Shown: positions 19,694-30,600 of the stretch, in pieces
Layout: every line of letters begins with the position of its first letter
Numbering within the stretch: the stretch's first letter is position 1
From: Bacteroidia bacterium
Lineage (GTDB): Bacteria; Bacteroidota; Bacteroidia; M30B66
Reading direction: 5' to 3'
Assembly (NCBI GenBank): GCA_965279035.1
Contig: OZ257142.1
Coordinates: 3,968,001 to 4,032,000 of the forward strand
DNA: 64,000 nucleotides
Made by a program: the position numbers and the translations under genes
Notes under the pieces: generated by a model
Seen by the model: only the letters and a program-made list of their open reading frames with translations
The model's database searches: none
What the model was told of the DNA's origin: nothing

Positions 19694-19785
19694 GCAGTAG
19701 GGATAGAGCGAAAAGCCCGCAGCGTATGCCATAGCTTCAGCGAAGGCATACAGTGAGGACTTGCAGCGAAAGCCCGGATACTGCC
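19694..19785 (-). repeat. Nested structured element (possible ncRNA or repeat) abutting the GNAT stop codon
   Basis: Outer stem GCAGTA(19694-99)/TACTGC(19779-84), inner stem GTATGCC/GGCATAC, duplicated GCGAAA(A)GCCCG modules. Confidence 0.55.
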
Positions 19786-20382
19786 CTATTCGTTTAAGCC
19801 TTGGTAATCGGGTTGGAGCAGGGAATAAAGGACTGAATCTTCGGCAATGCCATTTTTGACATAATGCTGACGTAGAAGTCCTTCTTTTTGGAAACCGAAC
19901 TTATTGATTAGCGCGATAGACGCTTCATTCCAAGGACCAATGCAGGCTTCGATACGATGCAAATAGAGTTGATTGAAACCAAAGTTGATAGCAAATTGAA
20001 GCGCTTCGGTCATAAAGCCACGTCGTTTCCAAACATCATCAATGAGTGAATAGCCAATTTCGGCGCGCCGATGCATGAAATTCCAATTATGATACCCGCA
20101 ACTACCGATTCCTAATTCTGTTTCTTTATCGAAAATTTGAAACCAGCAAATATTGGTACTATAACTCTGCAATCCTTGTTTGGCTTTCATTTTCTCTTGC
20201 AACCATTCGGCATCGTTGCGGATATTCATGAATGCTCTTGCTTGTCGTGCAGGTGCTTTTAAAGCTAAAAAACTTCGTGTATCTGCCCGCAATTCCCGTA
20301 ACACTAAGCGGCTGGTTTCGTGCTTAGGAATAAAGGGAAAGGCATTCAATAAGCCTTTTATTTCATGAGCCCTTTGATCCAT
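19786..20382 (-). CDS. GNAT family N-acetyltransferase (RimJ/RimL-like)
   Basis: ETSRLVLR, IGSCGY, RAEIGYSL, KRRGFMTEAL, LHRIEA, NEASIAL, GFQKEGLLR; exact start uncertain (overlaps rseP end). Confidence 0.85.
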   Translation of the reverse strand: MDQRAHEIKGLLNAFPFIPKHETSRLVLRELRADTRSFLALKAPARQARAFMNIRNDAEWLQEKMKAKQGLQSYSTNICWFQIFDKETELGIGSCGYHNWNFMHRRAEIGYSLIDDVWKRRGFMTEALQFAINFGFNQLYLHRIEACIGPWNEASIALINKFGFQKEGLLRQHYVKNGIAEDSVLYSLLQPDYQGLNE

Positions 20383-21716
20383 TTGTAGATGTCGTTACCA
20401 TTGGCAAAAACGAGTAAGCTAAGTAGCAAAATCATTCCCACCATTTGCGCACGTTCCAAGAATTTTTCGCTTGGTTTACGTCCGGTGATGATTTCGTAGA
20501 GCAAGAATAACACGTGTCCACCGTCGAGTGCTGGAATGGGAAGGATATTCATGAATGCGAGCGCGATGGAAAGGAAAGCGGTGATGTTCCAGAAGCGGTG
20601 CCAGTCCCAGCCTTTATCGAATTGAGAAGCAATGGCGCCAAAGCCTCCTACTTTTTGAGAACCTTCTTTGGTGAAGACGAGTTTGAACTGTTTAACGTAA
20701 TTGACAAGTGTTTGACTTCCTTCGGAAATCCCAGCTGGGAATGATTCGAAGAAGCCAAATGTTTGTGTTTTAAAACTGAGTAATTTCTTGGGATCGATGT
20801 TGTAGAAACCTAGTTTCCCATCGTCACCAATTTTGGTTTTAAGAGCAAGTGTGTCTGCTCCACGTTTAATTTTGATGCTTACGTCTTTGCCTTTATTGGC
20901 GGAAAGAAGCTTACTTAATTCACCGAAGAAAACAACTTTTTCGGCATTGAAACCAACAATGGTATCACCTTTTTTCAATCCTCCTTTTTCGGCAGGAGAA
21001 TCGGCCATAATTGAATCGACAATGGCAGGAACAGCTGGCATGAAAAGCGTCGTTTCTTCGAGCGACATGACACGTTCGGCAAAGCCTTCGGGAATTTTCA
21101 CTTCCAATTTTTCGCCATTTCGGTCTATCTGAACAAGGCTTGGTTCATTCAATAAAATTCCAAGATTGAGTTCTCGAAAATCCTCTGGCATTTTTCCATT
21201 TACACCGAGAATTTTATCTCCATTTTGGAATCCTAAATCGGAAACAATTTTATCACCTACAACAATTCCATATTTGGCATTTGCTACAGGCAGATATTCT
21301 TTCCCCCAAACAAAAAGAATCATCGAATAGATGACCATTCCCAAAATGAGGTTTACGGTAACACCACCAATCATGATGATGAGACGTTGCCAAGCTGGTT
21401 TAGAGCGAAATTCCCATGGTTGAGCAGGTTGAGCGAGTTGCTCTTTGTCCATCGACTCATCGATCATTCCAGAAATCTTCACATAACCACCAAGTGGCAG
21501 CCATCCAATTCCATATTCGGTCCCTTGATCAACGCCGTTTTCGTCAATCTTTTTGGTTTTGACTTTAAAGAGCGAAAATCCCCAATCGAAAAAGAGGTAA
21601 AACTTCTCCACACGGGTGTTGAACCAGCGTGCCGGAAAGAAGTGACCCATTTCGTGAAGGATGATAAGAATAGATAAACTCAGGATTAGTTGAGCAGCAA
21701 GAATAAGGGTATCCAT
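20358..21716 (-). CDS. rseP: RIP metalloprotease RseP
   Basis: LHEMGHF (HExxH), LPLGGYVKI, two PDZ domains, NILPIPALDGGH; start adjusted to ATG 21716. Confidence 0.95.
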   Translation of the reverse strand: MDTLILAAQLILSLSILIILHEMGHFFPARWFNTRVEKFYLFFDWGFSLFKVKTKKIDENGVDQGTEYGIGWLPLGGYVKISGMIDESMDKEQLAQPAQPWEFRSKPAWQRLIIMIGGVTVNLILGMVIYSMILFVWGKEYLPVANAKYGIVVGDKIVSDLGFQNGDKILGVNGKMPEDFRELNLGILLNEPSLVQIDRNGEKLEVKIPEGFAERVMSLEETTLFMPAVPAIVDSIMADSPAEKGGLKKGDTIVGFNAEKVVFFGELSKLLSANKGKDVSIKIKRGADTLALKTKIGDDGKLGFYNIDPKKLLSFKTQTFGFFESFPAGISEGSQTLVNYVKQFKLVFTKEGSQKVGGFGAIASQFDKGWDWHRFWNITAFLSIALAFMNILPIPALDGGHVLFLLYEIITGRKPSEKFLERAQMVGMILLLSLLVFANGNDIYKWIKGLMK

Positions 21717-21807
21717 TAAGAATGTTCGGAGTTGAGGGCGTAAAAGTAAGGAAAAATTGGTGTGCTGGTGTGCTCCCATCGACAAGATCAGGGAGCGTGT
21801 AAATACC

Positions 21808-21873
21808 GAGCGCTGAGCTTGTCGAAGTGTGCTGATTGTTTAATGTGATAGTAGCTTCGGATTCAATCCGGGG
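21808..21873 (+). repeat. Single CTGAGCTTGTCGAAG repeat and a degenerate GTAG-REP hairpin
   Basis: GCTGAGCTTGTCGAAG near 21812-21827 (same family as 58947-59094); GTAGCTTCGGATTCAATCCGGGG at 21851-21873. Confidence 0.65.
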
Positions 21874-22005
21874 ATAAATGATTGTTAAAATAAGTGTGAT
21901 TCGTTAGATTAGAAAGGATTCACTGGGATGATTAATTAACGATATGATTGAAATTGGTTTGTAATAACGGAATTCAATTCGAGGATTATTAATTAAATTT
22001 ATAGT

Positions 22006-22182
22006 ATGAAAAAAGCAATTTCCAAATTAAACAAAGAGTGGCATTTGGCGAATAAAATGCCTGTCAATGCTCGATTTGAGGAGCGTGTTAAATGGCATCT
22101 AGAGCATGCTAAAAATTGTGCATGTAGACCGATACCAGAAAAGTTGTTGGAGCAAATGAAACAAAAAGGAATTCAGATTTAA
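22006..22182 (+). CDS. Small His/Cys-rich hypothetical protein (58 aa, absent from ORF track)
   Basis: MKKAISKLNKEWHLANKMPVNARFEERVKWHLEHAKNCACRPIPEKLLEQMKQKGIQI*; ends 10 nt before the next gene. Confidence 0.75.
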   Translation: MKKAISKLNKEWHLANKMPVNARFEERVKWHLEHAKNCACRPIPEKLLEQMKQKGIQI

Positions 22183-22192
22183 AATTTATGCA

Positions 22193-22702
22193 ATGGATTT
22201 AAAACTCCGATCGTGGGAATTGAGTGATTTAGCAAGTCTTGTTAAGTATGCAAATAATCCGAAAATAGCGGCAAACATGACAGATGCTTTTCCTAGTCCA
22301 TATACCGAGGACAGCGGACGTGCATTTATTACAATGGCTCAAAAGGGAGGTTCCATTTGCTTAATGGCTATAGAAGTTGAAGAAGAAGCTGTTGGAGGAA
22401 TTGGTATCCATTTACAAAGTGATATAATGCGAAAAAATGCTGAATTAGGGTATTGGCTCGCAGAACCTTTTTGGGGAAAAGGAATTATGTCACAAGCGGT
22501 AAAAAAGATGGTTGAACACGCATTTAATACGTTTGATATAAACCGTATTTATGCTCGTCCGTTTGGAACTAATAAAGCATCGCAACGCGTTTTAGAAAAG
22601 TCTGGTTTTAAGCTTGAAGCCCGAATTGAGAAGAATATTTTCAAAAAGGGGGAATATCTGGATGAATTAATTTATGCGATTCGAAGAACTCCTACTACTT
22701 AA
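22193..22702 (+). CDS. GNAT family N-acetyltransferase (RimJ/RimL-like)
   Basis: AELGYWLAEPFWGKGIMS, NKASQRVLEKSGF. Confidence 0.92.
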   Translation: MDLKLRSWELSDLASLVKYANNPKIAANMTDAFPSPYTEDSGRAFITMAQKGGSICLMAIEVEEEAVGGIGIHLQSDIMRKNAELGYWLAEPFWGKGIMSQAVKKMVEHAFNTFDINRIYARPFGTNKASQRVLEKSGFKLEARIEKNIFKKGEYLDELIYAIRRTPTT

Positions 22703-22747
22703 ATTAATTATTTACAGTATTCTTGGTCTTTCCGAATCACTTTCACC

Positions 22748-23551
22748 ATGAGCCATTTAAATTACATTGATGTTAACAGAAATTCTTGGAACAACCGACT
22801 CGAAGCGCATTTGAAATCGGAGTTTTATGATGTAGTAGGTTTTAAACAAGGAAACTCTTCTCTTAAATCTATAGAATTAGCCTTATTGGGAGATGTAAGT
22901 GGATTGAAAATTCTGCATTTGCAATGTCATTTTGGACAAGATAGTTTGTCTTTAGCACGAATGGGAGCTCAGGTTACTGGAGTTGATTTATCGGATAAAG
23001 CGATTTATGCTGCTCAAGCATTAAATTCCGAATTAGGATTAAATGCGCGTTTTATTTGTTGCGATTTATACGATTTGCCAAATCATTTAGACGAATCATT
23101 CGACCTTGTATTTACAAGCTATGGGACGATTGGATGGTTACCTGATCTGAATAAATGGGCTGGAATTATAAGTCACTTTCTAAAGCCGGAAGGTCGATTT
23201 GTGTTTGTAGAATTTCATCCAGTAGTTTGGATGTTTGATGATGCGTTCGAACAAGTTGCTTATACGTATTTGAATTCGGGTGAAATAATCGAAACAGAAA
23301 CGGGAACTTATGCTGATAAGCAAGCAGAAATACATCAAAATTATGTATGTTGGAATCACGGAATTTCGGAAGTTTTGAATGGATTAATAAGGCATGGAAT
23401 ACTCATTCAATCGCTTGATGAGTTTGATTATTCCCCCTATAATTGTTTCCAAAATACAATTGAATTTGAACCTGGTAAATTCCGAATAGAGAAAATGGAT
23501 AATAAGATCCCCATGGTGTATTCGGTTTTGGGAAAGAAAGAAATTAAATAG
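22748..23551 (+). CDS. Class I SAM-dependent methyltransferase
   Basis: ILHLQCHFGQD, VTGVDLS, FDLVFTSYGTIGWLPDL, LKPEG, EFHP. Confidence 0.9.
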   Translation: MSHLNYIDVNRNSWNNRLEAHLKSEFYDVVGFKQGNSSLKSIELALLGDVSGLKILHLQCHFGQDSLSLARMGAQVTGVDLSDKAIYAAQALNSELGLNARFICCDLYDLPNHLDESFDLVFTSYGTIGWLPDLNKWAGIISHFLKPEGRFVFVEFHPVVWMFDDAFEQVAYTYLNSGEIIETETGTYADKQAEIHQNYVCWNHGISEVLNGLIRHGILIQSLDEFDYSPYNCFQNTIEFEPGKFRIEKMDNKIPMVYSVLGKKEIK

Positions 23552-23595
23552 GCTGAATTCCCTTTTCTATCTTTGTCTAAAATTGAAACCAATCC

Positions 23596-24237
23596 ATGAA
23601 ACAATCATTTTTTGCCCTTTTTTTTCTTCTTTTATTTAATTCGATAGACGCACAAAAAAAAGCGGTTACGGAAACTGGAGAGGAAGTCATTCTTTTTGAG
23701 GATGGTACTTGGAAATATGAAAATACTCCACCCACGATCTCGGAAGAGATAAAATTAAATCCAAGTACTTTTAAGAAAAGTCCAAAAGCAAGTTTTTTAT
23801 TAAAAAGTAGTCGCTTTAATATTGGATTTTGGATGGATTCAAAAGTATGGACCTTCAAAAAAGCGACAAACAATGAGTCGGCCGAATATGAACTTCATGC
23901 AAAAGATTTGGATATCTATGGAATGATTATAACGGAAACAATAGAAATTCCTTTAGAAACTCTCAAAGATATTGCACTTTCGAATGGAAAAGGAGTAGCT
24001 CCTGATTTGCATGTAACCAAAGAAGAATATCGCATGGTAAATGGCTTGAAAATATTATTACTTCAAATGGATGGAACTGTTAAAGGAATTAAATTTTCAT
24101 ATTATGGTTACTACTATTCCAATGCAAATGGAACTGTTCAATTCATCACCTATTCATCTCAAAAAATAATTGAAGAGAACAGAACTATTTGTGAGGATTT
24201 ATTGAATGGAATTTTTGAAGTTTCAACAAGTAAATAA
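23596..24237 (+). CDS. Hypothetical secreted protein (N-terminal TETGEEVILFEDGTWKY module)
   Basis: Signal peptide; 213-aa ORF; TATCTTTG box at 23568-23575. Confidence 0.7.
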   Translation: MKQSFFALFFLLLFNSIDAQKKAVTETGEEVILFEDGTWKYENTPPTISEEIKLNPSTFKKSPKASFLLKSSRFNIGFWMDSKVWTFKKATNNESAEYELHAKDLDIYGMIITETIEIPLETLKDIALSNGKGVAPDLHVTKEEYRMVNGLKILLLQMDGTVKGIKFSYYGYYYSNANGTVQFITYSSQKIIEENRTICEDLLNGIFEVSTSK

Positions 24238-24246
24238 GTGATTGAC

Positions 24247-25041
24247 ATGAAAACTGAAATTAGAAAATCTCTAACTCTTATTTTATTTTTTTTGAGTTAT
24301 CATGTTGGAATTTCGCAATGCACAAGCATAGATCAATCGCAATTAAATTATAACGGTGGCACTAGTGCACGGAATTTAGATGGATACAGTGAGTGGCAAA
24401 GTTTTCAAGCTGGAAATACAGGAATACTTTGTAAGATTGAAGTAGGCTTATTTAATTTCATGAATGGAACCGGAATTTTTCGCGTGTATGAAGGCATTGG
24501 AACAGCAGGAACAATCCTTTCTGAAGATACCGTTTTGATAAGTGGTGATGGGAATTTCTTTTTCCCATTTGATGTTTCAGTTCCAATAACAGCTGGATTG
24601 AATTATACCTTTCATTTAAAACCCATATTAAATGGTGGATTACCTGATCCATATGGTGTTCAGGTGCAGAATCCAAGAACTTATACTACAGGAGAAATGT
24701 ATTTAGTTGATCCATCTGGATCGTATGCAACGGGATTTGATATGGTTTTTAAAACATATGTAGAAACAAATACAGGATTAAAACAAACTGATCCAATTCC
24801 ACATTCAATCATCTATCCCAATCCAAGTAATGGATTCATTACGATTGATAACAGAGGAATTGAAGGTGTTAATCTTATTGAAATTATTGATATTCAGGGT
24901 AAAACAATTAAGAAAATCTCCAATGAAAATCTTCAAGAAATAAAATTAAATACTTCTGAATTTCGATCTGGAATGTATTTTATCCGAATTAAATCTGAGA
25001 AAGGAATTGTACAAAATAATAAACTAATTCTATCCCTTTAA
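24247..25041 (+). CDS. Small T9SS CTD-containing secreted protein
   Basis: Signal peptide; IYPNPSNG...DIQGK...SGMYFIRI...KLIL; start adjusted to ATG 24247. Confidence 0.8.
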   Translation: MKTEIRKSLTLILFFLSYHVGISQCTSIDQSQLNYNGGTSARNLDGYSEWQSFQAGNTGILCKIEVGLFNFMNGTGIFRVYEGIGTAGTILSEDTVLISGDGNFFFPFDVSVPITAGLNYTFHLKPILNGGLPDPYGVQVQNPRTYTTGEMYLVDPSGSYATGFDMVFKTYVETNTGLKQTDPIPHSIIYPNPSNGFITIDNRGIEGVNLIEIIDIQGKTIKKISNENLQEIKLNTSEFRSGMYFIRIKSEKGIVQNNKLILSL

Positions 25042-25057
25042 CGAGTTAAATAAAACC

Positions 25058-25432
25058 TTGAATAAGATTCCCAAATTAGAAAGTGAAATTGTTGCTGATT
25101 ACATGGAATTATTAAATCATCCCATGAAATTAGAGATTGAGCTTCTTCGCACTATTATTAAAGAAGCTTCTCCAGAAATTCAAGAACGAATTAAATGGAA
25201 TGCTCCTAGTTATTATGTTGGCAAGCATGATATCCTCACGTTTAATCACCGAATGACCGATAAGGTACACTTGATATTTCATAGTAGCGTGATTGAACAA
25301 ATTATTCATCCGATACTAGAAGGAGATTACAAACAGCGCAGAATGAGCTATTTTACCTCCATGGATGACATTGAGAACAAGCGTGATAAAATCCAATCCA
25401 TTATTCAACAAAACCTAGCACTATTAAAATAA
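25058..25432 (+). CDS. DUF1801 (YdhG-like) protein
   Basis: LRTIIKEASPEIQERIKWNAPSY. Confidence 0.8.
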   Translation: MNKIPKLESEIVADYMELLNHPMKLEIELLRTIIKEASPEIQERIKWNAPSYYVGKHDILTFNHRMTDKVHLIFHSSVIEQIIHPILEGDYKQRRMSYFTSMDDIENKRDKIQSIIQQNLALLK

Positions 25433-25519
25433 AAAAGACAAAATAATTACATAACGATTTATCTAAAAATTAGCAAGTTTCGGGTCGAAATTAATCCTCG
25501 AAATGCGCATTTTTGTGCT

Positions 25520-26386
25520 ATGTCAAAAAAGAGTGAAATCCAATTAAGTAGCGACTATGCTCGCATTGAAAAAGCCATACACTTTCTAAGAGCAAATTTT
25601 AAATCTCCACCAAGCCTAGAAGAATTGGCCAATCATGTGAGTTTGAGTCCTTTTCATTTTCAACGTTTATTTACCGAATGGGCAGGCGTAAGTCCAAAAC
25701 AATTCATTCAATTTACTCGTCTCGAATACGCCAAGAAAATCCTACAAGAATCGACTCATTCAATATTTGAAACAGCTTTCGAAACTGGACTTTCTGGCAC
25801 TGGACGATTGCATGATTTATTTGTCAAAATAGAAAGCATGACACCCGGTGAATATAAAAATGGAGGAGAGAATTTAAGTATTTATTATTCGTTCGAAGAA
25901 AGTTTATTTGGTAAAATACTCGTTGCTTCTACAAGTAAAGGAATTTGTGCTATTACATTTGTAGATGACGAAGCAAGCAGTATAGATGAGATAAAAAAGC
26001 GATATCCAAAAGCTAATTTTGAGAATTTGTATTCTCCTATTCATTCACAAGTTGCTGCCATATTTCAAAATAATATTGACTTATTACCAGAAATTAAATT
26101 GCACATTCAAGCAAGTGAATTTCAACTCAAAGTATGGGAAGCACTATTGAAAATTCCTTCTGGTAAATTAAGTACATATGGACAAATTGCCGAAAACATT
26201 CAAAACCCAAATGCCGCAAGAGCAGTTGGTACTGCAATAGGAAGTAATCCAATTGCCTTTTTGATTCCATGTCACCGGGTAATTCAAAGTACAGGAAATA
26301 CGGGAGGGTATATGTGGGGAACGGATCGTAAAACGGCAATCCTAGGTTGGGAAGCTGCAAAAGCAAACCTATCTGAACAATTTTAA
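25520..26386 (+). CDS. AraC-HTH / O6-methylguanine-DNA methyltransferase fusion (Ada family, Cada2-like)
   Basis: LSPFHFQRLFTEWAGVSPK, GRLHDLF, FQLKVWEALLKIP, ARAVGTA, IPCHRV active site; no N-terminal Cys4 Zn domain. Confidence 0.92.
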   Translation: MSKKSEIQLSSDYARIEKAIHFLRANFKSPPSLEELANHVSLSPFHFQRLFTEWAGVSPKQFIQFTRLEYAKKILQESTHSIFETAFETGLSGTGRLHDLFVKIESMTPGEYKNGGENLSIYYSFEESLFGKILVASTSKGICAITFVDDEASSIDEIKKRYPKANFENLYSPIHSQVAAIFQNNIDLLPEIKLHIQASEFQLKVWEALLKIPSGKLSTYGQIAENIQNPNAARAVGTAIGSNPIAFLIPCHRVIQSTGNTGGYMWGTDRKTAILGWEAAKANLSEQF

Positions 26387-26406
26387 ATGTGCTTTGTAAA
26401 ATTCAA

Positions 26407-27021
26407 ATGAATTCCTATTTACTTCCTTTCGAATTTGAAATTTCAAAAGAGAATATTCTCCCACAAGATGGCTGTGTACTTTATTTTGGTAAAATATTCA
26501 GTCTTGAAGAATCTCATTTCCTATACGAAGAATTACTCAAAGGAATAGAATGGAAAAATGATGAAGCATTTATCTATGGTAAACATTATATCACCAAACG
26601 AAAAGTAGCGTGGTATGGTGATAAAGCTTATGAATATGCATATTCAGGATTAAAAAGAACTGCTCTTCCTTGGACAAATACTCTTCTTGAATTAAAACAA
26701 AAAGCAGAATTAATATGCGGATGTGAATTTAATTCCTGTCTGCTTAATTTATATCATACTGGAGAGGAAGGAATGGCTTGGCATAGCGACGATGAGCCAA
26801 CATTAAATAAACAAGCTGGAATTGCATCCTTTAGTTTTGGGGCAGAACGAAAATTTTCTTTCAAACATAAAATTCTTGGTATCAAAGTGGAAATTCGATT
26901 AGAAAAAGGAAGCCTCTTACTGATGAAGGATGAAACACAAACCCATTGGCAACATCGATTACCATTAACTAAAAAGGTGAATAGTCCAAGAATAAACTTG
27001 ACGTTTAGAACAATGAAATAA
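26407..27021 (+). CDS. alkB: AlkB family Fe(II)/2-oxoglutarate dioxygenase
   Basis: RKVAWYGD, FNSCLLNLY, WHSDDE (HxD), WQHRLP, RINLTFR; start adjusted to ATG 26407. Confidence 0.9.
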   Translation: MNSYLLPFEFEISKENILPQDGCVLYFGKIFSLEESHFLYEELLKGIEWKNDEAFIYGKHYITKRKVAWYGDKAYEYAYSGLKRTALPWTNTLLELKQKAELICGCEFNSCLLNLYHTGEEGMAWHSDDEPTLNKQAGIASFSFGAERKFSFKHKILGIKVEIRLEKGSLLLMKDETQTHWQHRLPLTKKVNSPRINLTFRTMK

Positions 27022-27040
27022 TGTTAGATATTCGTACACT

Positions 27041-27556
27041 ATGAAAAGCCTCATACTTATTCTATTCGCATTTAATAGTTTCTGTGTAATAAAAATAAAT
27101 GCACAATCTAATCCCGAAGCATTGGGGAAAATTGTATTTGACTGTTATAAAAATGATAGTCTTTCTAAGCTTAAAAAATACTTCCCTTCAGTTGAACAAT
27201 TAATTCAATACAGCAAAACTCACGATTTAGATGTAAATGAGGACTTAATCAAACTATTGAAAAATAAATATCCAGATTTAATTCAAGAACTTCAGGATAA
27301 ATTGATTTCTTTTCAAACAACTTCAATAGCTAAAGAAATACAATGGGATAAAATACAATTAGATAGTATTTATTCTAAACTTAAAAAGTCACCAAGGGCT
27401 AATTCTGAAACGGATTCCTTAGAAATAAATCGATTGGAAATTAGCTTTCAAAGTAACTTACATCCATACCAAATTGTATTTGAAAATATAATTGAAATTG
27501 AAGGAAGATGGTATTTAGATAATAAAGTTCATTTTCGTGATTTATTAGAAGAATAA
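27041..27556 (+). CDS. Hypothetical secreted protein
   Basis: Signal peptide (INAQ); 171-aa ORF. Confidence 0.65.
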   Translation: MKSLILILFAFNSFCVIKINAQSNPEALGKIVFDCYKNDSLSKLKKYFPSVEQLIQYSKTHDLDVNEDLIKLLKNKYPDLIQELQDKLISFQTTSIAKEIQWDKIQLDSIYSKLKKSPRANSETDSLEINRLEISFQSNLHPYQIVFENIIEIEGRWYLDNKVHFRDLLEE

Positions 27557-27615
27557 TAATCCATGAACATTTGAGAATTTCAACTGAAAACAACGGATAT
27601 TGTTGACCTCAAATC

Positions 27616-30600
27616 ATGGAGAAAATTCAAGTACAAATCCATACGAATCCAAGTGAAATTTGGATTGTAGGGAAAGCAATCAGCGACCTCAATACACAAT
27701 TGATTCTATCAGTATCTAGCGAAATGGTTGCTAGTGATGCGCGTGGTTTTTACGACATACAGCCACAAGAAATTCAGGTGGATTTTGCGCGTTTTGATCG
27801 AGTGAAAAACATGCGAGATAGCGCCTCTGTTCAGGTGGAACAACGTGAAGAGGGAATATTTCTACAATGTAGCTGTGGACATATAAAAAAGTCCCTCTGT
27901 CTTCATCAAGCTCAGGTATTATTTAATTTGATGAATCGACCGGAGATTCGTGTTTTCTTTGATCCATCAATTCGTAAAAAACAATTAAGTGATTTTGCAA
28001 TTCAGGTTGGTTTAGGGCAAGAAGAAGATCCTTCAATTTACTTTCAATTCGAATATGAACAAGGGAAAACGCAAATCGTTCCTGCTCAAAAAGAACTTCT
28101 TTTATTGGATTCCCAAATTCAAAAAAAGATCAATGAACACTTATTGATTGGTCAGAAATCGATAGCAAATGAGGAGAAAGAGCAATACGAATTCATTCTT
28201 GTTTTCCGGAAACACCGTTTTTATGATCATCTCTGTATTGAGCTTTGTAAGGCAAGTAGAACACGTGAAGGCAAACTCAAAAAGCCCATCCAAACGCTTA
28301 ATCCTTTTGAAGTTATTTGGAAATATAATCAGCCTGATGAACTTCGATTTTTCACTGCATTAGCACGTTTTGCTAATCTATATGAAGAAGATCGAAATGA
28401 TAGTGATCTTGAGGCAATGAAAGCCATTTTTCGCAATCCTTTGAAATTGATGACTTACCTACTTCCTGCTGATTCAAATGATGCAAGCTCGATTTCAGCG
28501 TATGAAGTAGTTCAACTTCAAGAAATTGATTCCCATGTTCATTTGATGGTAGATCAACGAAATACCTTATTTCGAATTCAAGGGGAGCTCGAACTAAATG
28601 GTCGAATGATTCCTTTTGATCAATTGCGAAATGTATATGGATATTTTCTCCGTCTCGATAATACATTGTATTTCAATTCCGATAGGCAGATTATACGTTT
28701 ATTGGAATTCTTTCGACAAAAACGTTTTCAAGTCTTAATTCCATCGACCACATTTGAGGAATTTCGGTTAAATACTTTATCTCCATTAGAAGAGAAAATT
28801 CGCATAAGCTATGCACATCTTCAACCGGCTACTGAAGAGCAAAAAGTAGAAAGTGGATTAAATGAATCACCTGAAAGTTTGTTGTATTTAAGTCAGGTAG
28901 ATAATGAGGTTCAATTGATTCCTGCGATGCGTTATGGACCAGTGGAAGTGCCTGTATTATCTCAGAAACAGATTTATGCGTATGATGAAAAAGGAAATGC
29001 TATTACAATTATTCGTGATGATGAGGCAGAAAATAAATTATTAGCAGCTCTGCTCTTACTCATTCCTGAATTAAATGAACAAATCTCAACTGGTAAATTA
29101 TGCATTCATAAATCTGCATTTTTAGATGAGGATTGGTTTCCCGATTTCATAGAAAGTTTAACGAATAAGAATATTCGCGTTTTAGGCTTTTCAGAGTTGA
29201 GTAAGCAATCTCTCAATATGCACAAAGCGAAAGTAAATGTGCAAGTGAAGAGTGGGCTCGATTGGTTTGAAACTTCTTTAGATGTTCGCTTTGGAAAGCA
29301 ACGTGCTAAAATGAAACAACTCATGACTGCTGTGAGAAATAAAAGCAGATATGTGCAATTAGATGATGGTACACAAGGGATTTTACCTCATGAATGGCTC
29401 GATCGATTTACACGGTATTTTAATTCAGGAATTGTTGCATCTGAATTATTAAAAACTCCACGAATCCGCATTCAAGAAGTAATGGAGGTGTATGATTGGA
29501 ATCTGTTTGATGTAAACACTCAATTGCAATTAACTGAATTTAAGAATCGTTTTCAGCATTTTAATAAAATAGAAGAAATTGAAATTCCAACAGGCTTAAA
29601 TACTCCATTACGTGCATATCAAAAAGTAGGATTGAATTGGCTAAATTTCCTTCATCAATTTGGCATTGGTGGCTGCTTAGCCGATGATATGGGTTTGGGT
29701 AAAACAATTCAAATCATAGCTTATATTCTGCATTTAAAAGAAAAGAAAGAAATTGGAACACATTTAATTGTTGTACCTGCTACTCTCATTTTTAATTGGC
29801 AAGAAGAATTTCAACGTTTCGCCCCTTCACTTTCTATTCATAGTGTATACGGATTAAATCGAAGTACGAATCAAATTGATTGGTCAAATGCAGATGTGAT
29901 TATTACTTCGTATGGTGTGTTGCAATCGGAAATATCAGCATTTAAGAATTTTCAATTTCATGTAGCTATTTTGGATGAATCACAAGCAATTAAAAACCCT
30001 GAAACATTACGATATCATGCAGTTTGTCAAATTAAAGCGCGACAACGAATTGTCTTAACAGGAACGCCTCTTGAAAATAACACCTTCGATTTATTCGGAC
30101 AAATTTCATTTGCTTGCCCAGGATTATTAGGAACAAAACAACAATTTAAATTGCTCTTTTCTATTCCCATTGATACATTTAAAGACAGTGATCGGGCGAA
30201 GGAATTAAGTAGAATAGTTCGACCATTTATTTTACGTCGTACTAAAAATCAGGTAGCACGCGAATTACCTCAACGCACAGAAATGCTGGTGTATTGCGAA
30301 ATGGGTGATGAGCAACGTCGTATTTATGATGCATATACCAAAGAATTACGCGATTTTATTGCGAATAAACAATCCGATGAAATCAATCGAAATAGCATGT
30401 ATGTATTGCGCGGACTTACCCGTTTACGTCAAATATGCAATGCTCCATCTTTGTTGAATGAAAAGAATTATTTCAGCAAAGCCTCTGCTAAAATTGAAGT
30501 ATTAATGGAGCATATTGAACAACATGCACCGGATCACAAAATTTTAGTTTTCTCGCAATTTGTTGGCATGTTGGAATTAATTCAACAGGAATTAAACAAG

